This document shows, in pieces, positions 26,620 to 40,409 of a DNA stretch of 64,000 bases. The position numbers and the translations under genes were made by a program. Position 1 is the stretch's first letter; the number at the start of each line of letters is the position of its first letter. The stretch is from Octopus vulgaris. Its lineage: Eukaryota. The stretch spans positions 55,490,001 to 55,554,000 of the forward strand of contig OX597825.1 in assembly GCA_951406725.2 (NCBI GenBank). The letters run 5' to 3'. The notes beneath the pieces are model-generated. The model saw only the letters and a list, made by a program, of their open reading frames with translations, ran no database searches and was not told the origin of the DNA.

Positions 26620-26841
26620 CCCATAAGCATTCAGATTACTCAATCAAATGTAACACGTTTGTTTCACATCATTTTGAATTTATCATGCATTATTATTTGT
26701 AGCTTTGAGATTTTAATGATGTGATAGTTTATGTTCAGAATGACATTGTGGAATAGGTGTAAAAGGCCAGATCTGGCCAGTTTGAACATGAAACAAGTTG
26801 GAATGTTTGAGCCTGATATGGCTGGTTTAAATGTTTAAGGG
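26620..26841. mobile_element. piggyBac-like MITE
   Basis: TTAA-cccataagcatt ... aatgtttaaggg-TTAA: ~13-bp TIR beginning CCC, with TTAA duplication. Confidence 0.75.
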
Positions 26842-26999
26842 TTAAAAGCTCCCAAAGAACAATGACCACAGCAAAAGTAATAGAATAAGTACCAGGCTTA
26901 TAAAGAATAAGTCCTGGGGTTGATTTCTTTGACTAAAAAATCCTTATAGGGAGTGCTCCAGCATGGCCGCAGTCAAATGACTAAAACAAGTAAAAGAAT

Positions 27000-27108
27000 A
27001 AAATGTAAAAAGATTTTTCAAACATCAAATGGCTAGGAGAGTCCACCATGAGTAAAATAAGAATCACAAGGGTTCCATAGGTGCAAAAAATGGTCGAGAA
27101 CTTCTGGT
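27000..27108 (+). mobile_element. Right end of a hAT-like MITE, same family as 58271
   Basis: tttttcaaacatcaaatggcta..gggttccatag..ggtcgagaacttctg aligns with 58490-58560. Confidence 0.55.
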
Positions 27109-27133
27109 CTATTCAATATAGGTTGACCCAAAA

Positions 27134-27600
27134 AGGCGGTGAGCTGGCAGAAACATTAGCATGCTGGGTGAAATGCTTAGTGGTATTTTATCTGTTTTTA
27201 CATTTTGAGTTCAAATTCCACCAAGGTCAACTTTGCCTTTCATCCTTTTGGGGTTGATAAATTAAGTGCCAGTTGCATACTGGGGTCGATCTAATCGATT
27301 GCCCCCCTCCCCAAATATTTCAGCTCTAGAGTAGAAAAGAATATACAAAGATTTCATTTTTCCACCATGGTCAACTTCGCCTTTCATCCTTTTGGGGTCA
27401 GTATATTAAGTACTAGTTGTGTACTGGGGTCGATCTAATCAACTACCCCCACCCCACTTCCCCCAAATTTAGGCCCTTGTGCCTAGAGTAAAAGAGAATA
27501 TACAATGATTTAATTTTTCTACCGAGGTCGACTTTGCCTTTCATCTTTTCGGGATCGATAAATTAAGAACTAGTTGCATACTAGAATAGAAAAGAATATA
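27134..27600 (+). mobile_element. SINE family 1 followed by two tandem duplications of its 3' two-thirds
   Basis: gcctttcatc.ttt.ggg.t...ta.attaag..c.agttg occurs three times, each followed by ctagagtagaaaagaatata or a close variant. Confidence 0.85.
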
Positions 27601-27769
27601 GGTTGACCTGAAGCTATGGAAAATAACATTTGTCCAAGATGCCACGCAGTGAGACTGAACCTAGAACCTTGTGGTTGCAAAGCTAGTTTTATATCCATTC
27701 ACTTATACTGCACAACAACAATAGCCAATAGCAACTATGCCAGCAATAAAATTAACAGCACTAATGCCA

Positions 27770-27875
27770 CACCAACACCACCGCCACACCAACACCACCG
27801 CCACAACCACCATCACCACCACTACCACCAGTACTGCAACTGCCACCAACTCTACACATCTTTCTTCACCTCTTC

Positions 27876-27918
<43 letters not shown>

Positions 27919-28345
27919 CACCACCACCACCACCACCACCACCACCACCACCACCACCACCACCACAACCACCACCACCACTACTACTACTACTTCTACT
28001 ACTAACTACTTCATCAACTGCCACAACAAACACCTACATACCAATACCAACAACATACTTCCCCCATCAACACCACTACCATCAGTACCACTACCACTGC
28101 CACCACCACAAGCAATACTACTACTACCAACACCACCTCCATCACAACAACCACTACCATCAGTACCACTCAGTACCACTACCACCACCACCACCACCAC
28201 CACCACCACCATCACAGCAACCACAACCATCACTACTACAATTGCCATCACTACCATTTCCTCAAACAACAGTACATCCTTCAATCACATCATACATCCT
28301 CCTCTCACTGCTTCCCCACCACTACAACCACCACCACCACCGCCA
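27770..28345. repeat. (ACC)n/(ACT)n triplet-repeat block
   Basis: Directly visible; gives poly-T/H/V pseudo-ORFs. Confidence 0.95.
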
Positions 28346-28963
28346 TCAGTAAATAGCTCCATGTAATTACTGGTTATTTATTGTATCAAAGCTTCATCCC
28401 TGCTGTTTTAGTTTATTTACTTTGCTTACTCACTTGCTTTTCTTTACCCTTACAATCGCTCTTATCTGGGGTAGGTATGTTGCTCACTCACCCTCCCCAT
28501 AGCTATGTATTTGTGTATATATATGTATGTGCACATGCATATATATATATATTATCATGCCTATATGTGTGTGTATACATATATATATATTCTTTTATTT
28601 TTATATTCTTTTATCGTTTCAGTGATTTGACTGTGGCCATGCTGGAGCACTGCCTTTCGTCGAGCAAATCGACCCCAGGACTTATTCTATCAGCCTCTTT
28701 TGCCAAACTGCTAAGTTACGGGTATGTAAACACAGAAGCATTGGTTGTCAAGTGATGTTGGGGGTACACACGCAAACACACAAACGTACACACACACACA
28801 TTATATATACAAATATATATATAGATAGATATACATGTATGTATATATACGTATGTATATGTGTCAGTTTGAGTGCAGTGCATGCTTGTCATTTAGTGCA
28901 TATGTTTGTATATCTTGATGCACACACACACACACATGCACGCGCATACACACAAACATACGG

Positions 28964-28997
<34 letters not shown>

Positions 28998-29354
28998 GAC
29001 ATAGATAAGTGTATATGTGTATAAATTGTCATTTTCTCTCTCTCTGCTAAGAAACTTGAAACTCTTGAAGATTATTACTTAAACATTTAATTTCTGTTTC
29101 CTCCTCCCCTCCTCCTCCTCCTCCTCATCATCATCATCACCATCGTTCCGTTCTTGCATAGGTCCATTTGTTGAGGTTAAAACTTCTTTGTTTTGGATGC
29201 TCTTCATGTCACAAACCTTTCCCTGTTTCCAAACAAGGCAATATTTCTCCTAATCCTTTGAACATGAACAGCTGAATAGCCAAACATGTTTTCATGGGAG
29301 ACTGTAAAATGAATGACATTTGTTTAACATCTAACATGCAATGTAAAACCAAGA

Positions 29355-29421
<67 letters not shown>

Positions 29422-29978
29422 TATTAGTTTCATTTTACTAAAATGTACTCATAATATTTGGGTCACCCAGGATCTATAGTAGAGGAAATTTGGTCAAAGT
29501 ACTGTCCAGTGGGACTGAATCCAAAACCAACAGCCAAGCTTCTGTTTATAAATTATATAATTGTAGCAAAAGCTTATGTTTGGAACTGTTTATTGGTCTT
29601 AGATACCAGACCACAGCCATGCTAAGGCACCTCTTTGAGAGATTTTTTTTGTTAATTACATCAAGTGGAAGTTCTTCATCCGGTAGATTATTTATTAATC
29701 TTGTAAGACATGAAATTTGATCGGGCATAATGGGAAGTAACTGGATGATATATATGCTTTACTCTATCTTAATGTATTTATGATCAGTGCACAAATTCTA
29801 CCATCCAATATTGAAACATAATACGTACAAACATACGTATAATGTATCATCATCTTCATCATTATCATCATAATCACTGTTTGACATCCATTTTCCATGC
29901 TAGGCATATATATATATATAGGATATATAGGTACAAATATGCATATATATATATATAGGATATATAGATACACATATG

Positions 29979-30022
<44 letters not shown>

Positions 30023-30129
30023 TACTTATATAATAATAAAAACAATTTTACATTAGACTTAAAAGATTATTCAATACTTTTGGTACAGTACAAGTTTTAT
30101 ATTCTTTAACAGAACTGTTACTTTGAAGT

Positions 30130-30573
<444 letters not shown>

Positions 30574-30601
30574 TGTATATATATATATATGTATATATAT
30601 G

Positions 30602-30658
<57 letters not shown>

Positions 30659-30863
30659 CAATGAAATGAAATATACAAATAAATCATTTTAGCAAAACAG
30701 GATATGATGATATTATCAATAAGTATGTACTTAGCCTTCATTGAAAGGCTACAAATACCACAAAATAATAACAAAACAGGACGACTATATATTTAGGAGA
30801 AAAAACATCCAATCAAGGTAAAACAACCAATGAATTGGCAAACAAAACAATGACAACTATAGG

Positions 30864-30922
<59 letters not shown>

Positions 30923-31618
30923 TATCTATCTATCTATCTATCTATAATTACATGTATATGTGTATACCCATATATACAATGATGCTGAGAAGGAAACTTG
31001 CAAGCTAATTCTCAGAATGAATCAGGGCAGTCCAAATTATCATCTCTACTAAAGAAACTAAGCTGACCCTATTTGTATCCATACCGAATAGATGTACTTA
31101 GCATCCTTCCATATACATATATATCATCATCCTCACCATATTCACCGTAATTTAATGTCTGCTTTTCATTGCTACTATGTATTGGATGAAACCTTATTTA
31201 GTCACATTTTCTCCTGGTTGGATGCTCTTTCTATTGCCAACCTCTATTTGTTTTCCAAGTGAGATATTTTTTCTCCTTCCATTTGTCATCACATCACTCC
31301 TGAAATAAATGCTGGACACTTGTTCACTGGTGACAGTAAACAAGTGTCACAGCCTATCATTAAAACAGTGCTAATGGTGACATACTAAAACATACACACA
31401 CACATACACACACATATATATTTATGGGCATAAGGAAATACATACATATAATTGACCCTAATGCTTATTTTATCAGTGCTACTTATCCTATCAGTGTCTT
31501 GTTGCTGAATCACTAAGTCACATAGACAGAAACAGATCAATACCATTTGTCAAGTGGTGGTGAGGGACAAATACACCCCCTCCCACACACAGATTTACAT
31601 ACATATATACATACATAG

Positions 31619-31674
<56 letters not shown>

Positions 31675-31680
31675 TTATAT

Positions 31681-31862
31681 TAAGGGCATTACTATATATA
31701 AATGCTTCATGCTATGAGGGACTCTTAAAGTAAAAACTACCACATGTTTACTATAGTAGTTTTGACTTTAGAATCCCTTGTAGCATGTAAAATTAATAAT
31801 TTTTCCCTTATGAGGTTTTTCACGCTGACTACTTGATAAATTCATATAAAGATTTTATTCTA
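31681..31862. mobile_element. (TA)n-flanked element with an internal hairpin (31708-31787); related to 21730-21800
   Basis: catgctatgagggactcttaaagtaaaaactac / gtagttttgactttagaatcccttgtagcatg; the right end resembles the reverse complement of 21730-21800. Confidence 0.6.
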
Positions 31863-31895
31863 TTTTTAAATTGTATATATATATATATATATATA

Positions 31896-32433
31896 CAGAG
31901 TGGGCCAAAATTAGTGCCCCAACTTGAGATTTTGAAAATCCTATGAATTAGTGGGTGCTGATCGAGGAAGTTTCTTACACATTTGACATAATGAAGAGGT
32001 TCTCTATCTTGCACAAAGATTTTGGAATGACAGCATCGAGAAAAAGGCCAAATGATGTTTTCACACAACAGGTTACGATCACCAGTCATTGTCTCTCATT
32101 GAATATGGAATGCGCAAATTCCTGAAGATAATATTGCTGCCCAAATGACAAGCAAAGTTGAATTGACATGCTTTTCCCAAACCACTTCAGGGTCATCTTC
32201 TGAATAGAATAGAAGCAGTTATGGCAGTTGATGTGACCAGAAACATGGAAGGTCAGTTCATCAGAGAAAATGGGTCGATCAGAAATTCTGGAATCTCTGA
32301 CTTCTGCCAATATTCTCTCACAAAATTCAACACAATCAATGATCAATGACATATAGAAATAATTACAGCATGCAATGAGAAACTATAGAACTAATAGTCA
32401 CATATAATTGGGGCACTAATTTGGCCCACCCTA
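31896..32433 (-). mobile_element. Internally deleted Tc1/mariner-superfamily element, ~540 bp
   Basis: TIRs cagagtgggccaaaattagtgccccaa / ttggggcactaatttggcccacccta; the minus strand retains IFSDELTFHVSGHINCHNC and FVQDREPLHY..VRNFLD. Confidence 0.85.
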
Positions 32434-32630
32434 TGTGACCACATGTGTATCGTTGGCGATTTTCTTTCTCCGTCTTCCCTTCTTTGGACTTTTTCTATAT
32501 TTCTGATGAAGAGCTCTGCTAAAAGCATGAAATCCTCTTTCTTTTCTTTCCTTTCCTTAGCATCCAATAACACAGTACTTGTTCCCTGTCCTCGCATTGT
32601 TGTTTTTTCTTGCTCGTTCTTGTTTGGATT

Positions 32631-32635
<5 letters not shown>
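32434..32635 (+). mobile_element. PLE pseudo-LTR family A with degenerate hammerhead
   Basis: atttCTGATGAagagctctgctaaaagc at 32499-32526; ends in (TA)n. Confidence 0.7.
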
Positions 32636-32724
<89 letters not shown>

Positions 32725-32726
<2 letters not shown>

Positions 32727-32885
32727 GAGGGCATCTTTAAGTTTCTCTCTACCAAATCCAGTCACCAGGCTTTAGTTGGCCCAAGGCTATAGTAGAATAT
32801 GCTTGCCCAAGGTGCCATGGAGTGGGACTGAACCCGAAACCATGTAGTTGGGAAGCAAGATACTTACCTAACAACCACTCCTGTG
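32725..32885 (-). mobile_element. CORE-type SINE family 2, 5' half
   Basis: cttgcccaaggtgcca..gtgggactgaaccc..ccactcctgtgc. Confidence 0.8.
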
Positions 32886-33439
32886 CACACACACACACAC
32901 ACACATATATGTGTAATATCAATCAACATTTTATTTAAATGGTAATTAGCAAAATCATGAACATCACAACAACTTCAGCCTGTCTTGAAAATTCCTGAAA
33001 GTCTCAATCAAGCAACAGACACCACTTCCTTCTGCACACCGCCCCCATACCTCTAACTTGCATAGCTACACATTCTTCCCCTTCCTCCTCCATCACACCC
33101 CATCACCACACTCCCTTTCTATATCCACTCAGCCCTTCCCACCGCCTTCAACATTTACACCCACACATCAAATAAACAGACGCACTTGAAATAAAATAAA
33201 TATTTTATTTAAATATTCTCCCCAACCCTGCTTCTCTCACAGGGACCATGTCTTGGGAATAATTTGAAATGGGGCATGTCTTGTCTTGTTTCTAATTCTT
33301 TCTTTTAAAATTCCTTTGAGAATCTTTTTCAGTTTATATTTTACAGACTATTCATTCATTCTGTCATTCACTATTCTCCTCTTTCACCTTCCATTGCTGT
33401 TCTCATCATTCTTCTTCCCTTACTCCCTCTCTTCCTCTT

Positions 33440-33496
33440 CCTTCTTCATTTCTTCTTTTACTTCTTTGTCTTCTTTCTCTTTCTACTCCTTTCTCC

Positions 33497-33527
<31 letters not shown>

Positions 33528-33692
33528 CTTCTTCTTCTTCTTCTTCTTCTTCTTCATCACCTTCTTCTTCCTCCTCTTCTGTTTCTTCATTTTTTTTCTT
33601 CCTCTTCTTTTTATTCATCATCATCATTGTCATCAAACTAAGAGATTTTCACTTATTTTGTCTTTATGCAATAAATGTTGCAAGGTTTAGTG

Positions 33693-33734
<42 letters not shown>

Positions 33735-34750
33735 GAGAGAGGCAGACAGACTGACAAACAAATAGAGATGGAGAGTGTGTAAGGGAGGGAGAGAATGAGT
33801 GAGAAAAAAAAGAGAGAAAGTGATAAAGAAGGAGAGAGGTTAAGTGAGCGAATGAGTGAATGAAAGAGAGAGAGAGTGAGAATGAGAGAGAGAAAAGGAG
33901 AGAGAGAGAGTGATCTTGACTTGTGACTTACACCTCATTGATTAGCTAACACAACCGAATAAAATTCATTTGAAGAAGGTCGACTGATGTTGATGATGAT
34001 GATGATGATGGTAGTGGTGGTGGTGGTGATGGAACTGGTAATGTTGATGGTAGCAGTAGATGGTGAGGAGTGATGATGATGATGATGATGATGAAGGCAG
34101 TGGTGGCACCGATGACAATCTAAGGATAACGGCGATGCTCATGATGATGATGATGATGATGAGGGTGATGAAAGCAGTGGTGGCAATAATGATAATCTAA
34201 GGATAAAGGTGATGCTCATGATGTTGATGCTGGTGATGATGATGATGATGATGATGATGCTGATGATGATGATGATGATGACAATAATGATGATGATGGT
34301 GGTGATGACGGTGATGATGGTGATGATGATGATGATGATGTCGATGATGATAGTTTTAGCAAACACACAGCATCGTGTGACTGTCTTTTATCGATAAAAT
34401 ACAAGTGGTGAGAAAGAAGGAAGACAAGGAGAAGGTGATGTGTTGAAGATAATGGTAGTGGCAGCAGCGACAGCGGCGATGATATTTTTAGTTTATTTCT
34501 TGTCGTAAAGGAGCTTGACAGCATGTCTAACCAAATGTGAAGTTTTGGCTCACCAAAATTCTTACATTCACAAAAGGAGTCAACTGGAAACTACAAATTT
34601 ATTTACAATTATTATTTATTGCTTTTTTCTTCTTCTTCTTCTTCTTCTTCTTCTTCTTCTTCTTCTTCTTCTGCTTCTTCTTCTTCTTCTTCTTCTTCTT
34701 CTTCTTCTTCTTCTTCTTCTTCTTTCTCTTCTTCTTCTTCTTCTTCCCCT
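33440..34750. repeat. (TTC)n, (GA)n and (GAT)n repeat blocks separated by short unique islands
   Basis: Directly visible. Confidence 0.9.
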
Positions 34751-35264
34751 CCACCTCCTTATATTTCATTTTTTCTTCATTTTCACTTTCTTTCCTTTTT
34801 TTTTTTAATTCTTTTTCCTTATTTTAAACTCTTCCCTACAATTTCTTTTTTTTTTGTTTTTATTTTGTTTCTTCTTTCCCCCTTTCCTTTCCTCTTATTC
34901 CTTTTATATTCCAAATGAATCTTCAAACTCAAAAACATTGCCTTGAAATGATAAAGACATTTTCCCACCCACTCTCAGCACTTTTTCTTTTTGCTTCCTT
35001 TTCTTCCTTCTTTCTTTTCTTTTTCTTTTACTTTTCATGGCTGGTTGACTTTTCGCTCCACTAAGCACTGAGCCATGAAATGTAAGTGAGGAGCAAAACG
35101 TTAGTTTACACCTAGATTCATGTATTTATTTATTTTCTGCACTCTCTTGTCACTTTGGATGCATGGAAGTTCCAGTTGTTTGATCAATGATGGAACTACT
35201 AAAGTCATTGTCTTAGAGTAGCAGGAGCTAAGAATTGCACAGCTCTTAATGTTAAATATGCACA

Positions 35265-35978
35265 AGCACAGCTGTGCGTTTTGCTTCCCAACCACATGGT
35301 TTTGAGTTCAGTTCCAGAGCATGGCATCTTAGAACAAATGCCTTCAACTGTAGCCTTGAGCTCTGATGACAGACCTTGTGAGTGAATTTGATGGAAGGAA
35401 ACTGAAAGAAGCCTTTTGTATATAACTGACACTTAGTTGCTTACAACAAGGACAGTTCCAGTTGATCTGATCAATGGGACAGTCTGCTCATGAAATTAAC
35501 TTGTATGTGGTTGAGCATTCCACAGACACACGTATGCTTAAGATAATTCTCTGGGATATTCAGCATGACACAGGGTGTGACAAGGCTGGCCCTTTGAATT
35601 GAAGGTACTATACATTTTTGCCTACTGAGTAAACTGGAGCAATGTGAAATAAAGTGTCTTGCTCAAGGACACAATGCATCACCAGGAATTGAACTCACAA
35701 CCTTACGATCATGAGCTAAATACCCTAACCACTAAACTATGTGCTTTCACCTGTTGTATATACGTATATATTCTTTTATTTTTTTTATTTGTTTCTGTCA
35801 TTTGACTGCGGCCATGCTGGAGCACCATCTTTAGTCGTGCAAATCGACCCCAGGACTTATTCTTTGTAAGTCTAGTACTTATTCTATTGGTCTCTCTTGT
35901 CAAACCACTAAGTGGCAGGTACGTAAACACACCAGCATCGGTTGTCAATCGATGTTGGGGGAGACAAACACAGACACA

Positions 35979-36056
<78 letters not shown>

Positions 36057-36075
36057 TATATACAACAGGCTTCTT
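35265..36075. mobile_element. SINE cluster: family 2 (+, 35265-35420), family 3 tail type c (-, 35432-35752), family 2 (-, 35780-36075)
   Basis: Family motifs as in the other copies. Confidence 0.8.
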
Positions 36076-36176
36076 TCAAAATGTGACAGGTGATTTAATA
36101 CAAATCTTACAATTTTTTATCTGAGTCTACATAATTTCTGAATTCTTTCAGCCAGTTCACACATATCCAACTCTAA

Positions 36177-36209
<33 letters not shown>

Positions 36210-36635
36210 ACACACACACATACACACATGCACTCAAATACATATAAATGAGAAAATTAACTTCCCCAAGGGTACAACATAATATCCAATATGATACTTC
36301 ATACAGTTTCAATCTCATGATGGAAATCCATCATGGTTAATCCATCATAACTCCTCCACACCTCAAATGCAATTTTCTTTTAATTAGATTTTTGTTAATG
36401 TCATCAATTAAAAGGACATATTTGTCTGAATTATTTAAGTCTGTTGAATGTTAAATTTATGCATTTAACAGAGAGTAAAGGGGTGCGTTGCGGAACATGA
36501 ACTAAATGCACTTAAATATTAAAGAGTTAAATCCCATGATCAGTATGAACATGCATGTGTTTGTATGTGTGTGTGTGTGTGTGTACATATATATGTGTAT
36601 GTTTGTATGTGTGTGTGTGTACATATACATGTGTA

Positions 36636-36682
<47 letters not shown>

Positions 36683-36774
36683 TATAGATATTAGATATCA
36701 TCAGTGTATGATATATCTGAAAAAGAAGCAGACTCTAAAGTATAGGGCAGTAATGTATTCTCATGCAGTTAAAT

Positions 36775-37006
36775 ATATATCCGGTCACAGAATGACCGAT
36801 GGTTTTGCCTCCAAAATGTTCTTAACTCTATGGATGACTCATCAGACTCTAATGGCAGAGCTAAAGGGATGGTGTTGGAATATTCTTTGTTGAATAACAG
36901 ATTTTGTAAAGTACCATGTTATTTGCCATTAGAGTCTGGCAGGTCACCCATGGAGCTAAGCACTTTATGGATGTGAAACCATTGGTCATTCTATGACCAG
37001 ACATAT
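36775..37006. mobile_element. Foldback MITE with ~83-bp imperfect TIRs
   Basis: ggtcacagaatgaccgatggttt..cagactctaatggca / tgccattagagtctg..aaaccattggtcattctatgacc. Confidence 0.8.
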
Positions 37007-37255
37007 TTCACTTCATGTAAATATATATATTGAATGCTCAAAATGAAGAGTAGATAGACAGCCAACAACTGATGAAGGATCTTTCTCTGTGTTTACTTGA
37101 CTTGTTTTCCATTCTTCTTATTTACATATTTCACTCATTTTCCTTCGTTTGTTTACGTATTTCATGTTATTTGTACTCCAAATAGAGTGATCATAGCTAG
37201 CTGCTACAACTTTTCGGTGGGAATAAATACGCCTGTTAATTACTGCTTGAGTTGT

Positions 37256-37548
37256 ATGGCTTAGTGGTTAGAGCATCAGGCTCACAATCATGAAGTAGTG
37301 AGTTCGATTCCTGGACTGGGCTGTGTGTTGTGTTCTTGACCAAGGGACTTTATTTCATGTTGCTCCCATTTCACTCAATTGTAGAAATGAGTTGTGACAT
37401 CACGGATAACAATGGTGGCATGGAGAGCATAGTGACCTGGTATGCATGGGCGATTGCTGATCTTCTATAAACAACCTTGCCTGGACTTGTGCCACAGAGG
37501 GAAAGTTTCTTAGGTGCAATGCCACAGTCATTCATGACCAAAGGGGTT
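37256..37548 (+). mobile_element. SINE family 3, tail type b
   Basis: tggcttagtggttagagc..gagttcgattc; tail aaacaaccttgcc.ggacttgt..taggtgcaat. Paralog at 60810-61130. Confidence 0.82.
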
Positions 37549-38759
37549 CTGCTTGAGACAGTGACCTTAGATCTCACATTGAGTTTAACCAATGTTTCCA
37601 TAGCCATCTGCCAGTTTTGAGAACAGGACTTTCTTTGTGAGTGTATTATCAACTCTGCCAATGTGACTTAGCTATTGGAGATTTCTCTGCATCAATAGAT
37701 GGTGCATGGACTGAAAGCCAACCAACTGATGACTTCAAAGAATGGTCATATTGGTAGCTTTGCTTGCATTCATTCCAGCAGTACAATAATCATTGTCCCA
37801 GATTCCTTTCTACTCTAGGCACAAGGCCCCAAAAAGAATCATTGTCTCAGATATATATAGCAGCGCCTAAATACATACTGAGATGTTTTTGTGTTCTTGT
37901 CTCTGTATGTTTTTCCTTGATTTCTAAATAAGATATTTCATAAATGAAATGCTTATACAACGAGGACAAACAAAAACTGAAAGACAGGAGAGTCAGGAAT
38001 ATACATAAAAAATCCATGACACTTATTAACTGTAGACCAGAAGTCGGAAAATGAAATGTTTATTTTTTGTCGATTTTCTTTCTTTTCTTTTTGTTTACCA
38101 TTCATTCTCATCCTCTCCCTCAGTATATGTGTGTATGTGTATGTTTGTGCATTTGTATATATATATGTGTGTATGTATATCTATACATATATATGTATTT
38201 ATGTATGTATATATGTATATATCTGTGTGTGTATATACATACATATATATATACTATATATATATATATACACACTCACACACGCACAAATATATACATA
38301 CATATATATATACATATATATATATATGTATATATATATACATATATACATATATATGTATATATGTATATATGTATATATTTGTGTGTGTGTGTGTGTG
38401 TGTGTGTGTGAGTGTGTATGTAATGTCTCTTTATGGTTGTATATTTGTATTTCCTTCATCCTGTGTGGTCTTGTAGCTTTTTAAGAAGGGCGAGTGAGAG
38501 GACTATTTAAAGGTAGGCTGTTAGTTTTGTCTGATTAACAGAATCTCTCCCTCCCTCCCTAACCCTACCTGCCTACATACCCACTTTCCTATCTACCTGC
38601 TTACCTTCCTTCCTACCTTCCTACCTGTACCAGGCATTGAGCTAACCAGCATACATCATCATCATATCAGTATTAATTTTCTCACATTACCTTCCTACAT
38701 CCTATTCAGCTTCCTCTTTGTCGGCTCCCCCTCCTCTTCCACATCATTGTCTTGCTCCT

Positions 38760-39280
38760 CATCACCACTACCACTATTACAATCACCAATCAACCCCCAT
38801 CTCTGCCACCACCACTGTTGTCACACTCTGAACATCACCATCATCATCATAACTACTAACAACATCATCACCACAACTACCATCACCGCTACCACTTCGA
38901 GCACCACCTTCACCACCACCACCACCACCACTGCTCCTTTGCCATTGTCACTACTACAACCACCACCACCATCACCAGCACCATCAGTATCGTCCCTATC
39001 ATCACCACCAACAACACACTCTCACCATTACCACTAATCTTACTGTCATCAGTACCACTATCCTCACCATTATTACCATCATCACCAGCATTATTAGCAA
39101 CATTCACACCAACAACAGTATTACCGCCAGTATCCTCCCTACTATTACCACCATCACCACTGCCAACAACACCATCACCATCATTACAACCAGCAATAAC
39201 AACAGTACCATCATTATCACCACCAACAACAACAAAAACAACATTAACACCATGATCATTACTCTCACCACCACTACAAC
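38760..39280. repeat. Degenerate (ACC/ATC/AAC)n triplet block
   Basis: Directly visible. Confidence 0.9.
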
Positions 39281-40261
39281 TTCCATTGACATACATAGTA
39301 TTATTGTGAGATGTAGCAAGTTACAAGACCAGATAGAATTATCTGTACACCCAGGTATCAAAACACTCCATCAAGAGGTGAATCCTAGAATGAGCCACAC
39401 CATATATTAATGGGTCAAGATGATGTAGGCTTTGTATAGCTGAAAACAGTCATATCACTTTTTAGCATCTAAGAACTCTACTGACCAACTACTAGATCTG
39501 GAATTTTTACTAAATGCAAGCATCTGGATAAGTTTCTGTTATCAAACTGGAGAACACCATTGTTAATTCCCATTCTAAAGGCCCAAAGGAACACAATTCT
39601 TAACTCCCTTCCCTCCATATTTTTCTTATTTTCCTTTCCATCTCATTTTTCTCTCATTTACTTTTTTATCTCATTCATTCTTGTATTTTCTCACTTTTTC
39701 TCAGAGTGCATTCATTTGGTATTTTAAGCCTGAATAATTGTCTGAAGGTACACAGTACACTATACAAACTCATTCAACTACTATATAATATCATTAGAAG
39801 CATACAGTTTACAGTGGCTTGTATTTAAATTCTATGTATATTAAATGGTACATATATCATCATCATCGTTGTTGTCATTTAACGTCTACTTTCCATGCTG
39901 GCATGGGTAGGGGGGTTAACTGAGAACAGGCAAGCTGGGAGGCTGCACCAGGCTCCAATCTGGTTATATATGTTTAAGGCAAGGTTTGACTATGACTTTG
40001 AAGTTTCAGCTTACTTGTCTTTAGACAGTCTAATGAAGGCTAGCAAGCCAATACTTCAAAGTTACTGTCAATCTTCTCCTTGTAAAAATTTAATAAATAT
40101 GTACTCTACTAAAAAAATGAGATGAATAATCATGCAGTCTAATGTTTACTTGTAAAATATTCCTATATATAACTTGACGTAAAAATAAACATTATTATCT
40201 CTCTCTCTTTCTCTCCATCTCTCTCTTCCTCTCCCCCTCACTGTCTGTCTGTCTCTCTCTC

Positions 40262-40321
<60 letters not shown>

Positions 40322-40409
40322 GCTCATGACAAGTGAATGCATGTTAATGCATTTAAGCACATTCAAAAGTGCACAATATGAAGTGGAGTGTAATATGATA
40401 TTAAGCTTC

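Noticed and set aside
37256-37325. tRNA gene-like A/B boxes, also at other SINE heads
   Set aside because: No complete cloverleaf; the sequence continues into a SINE body.
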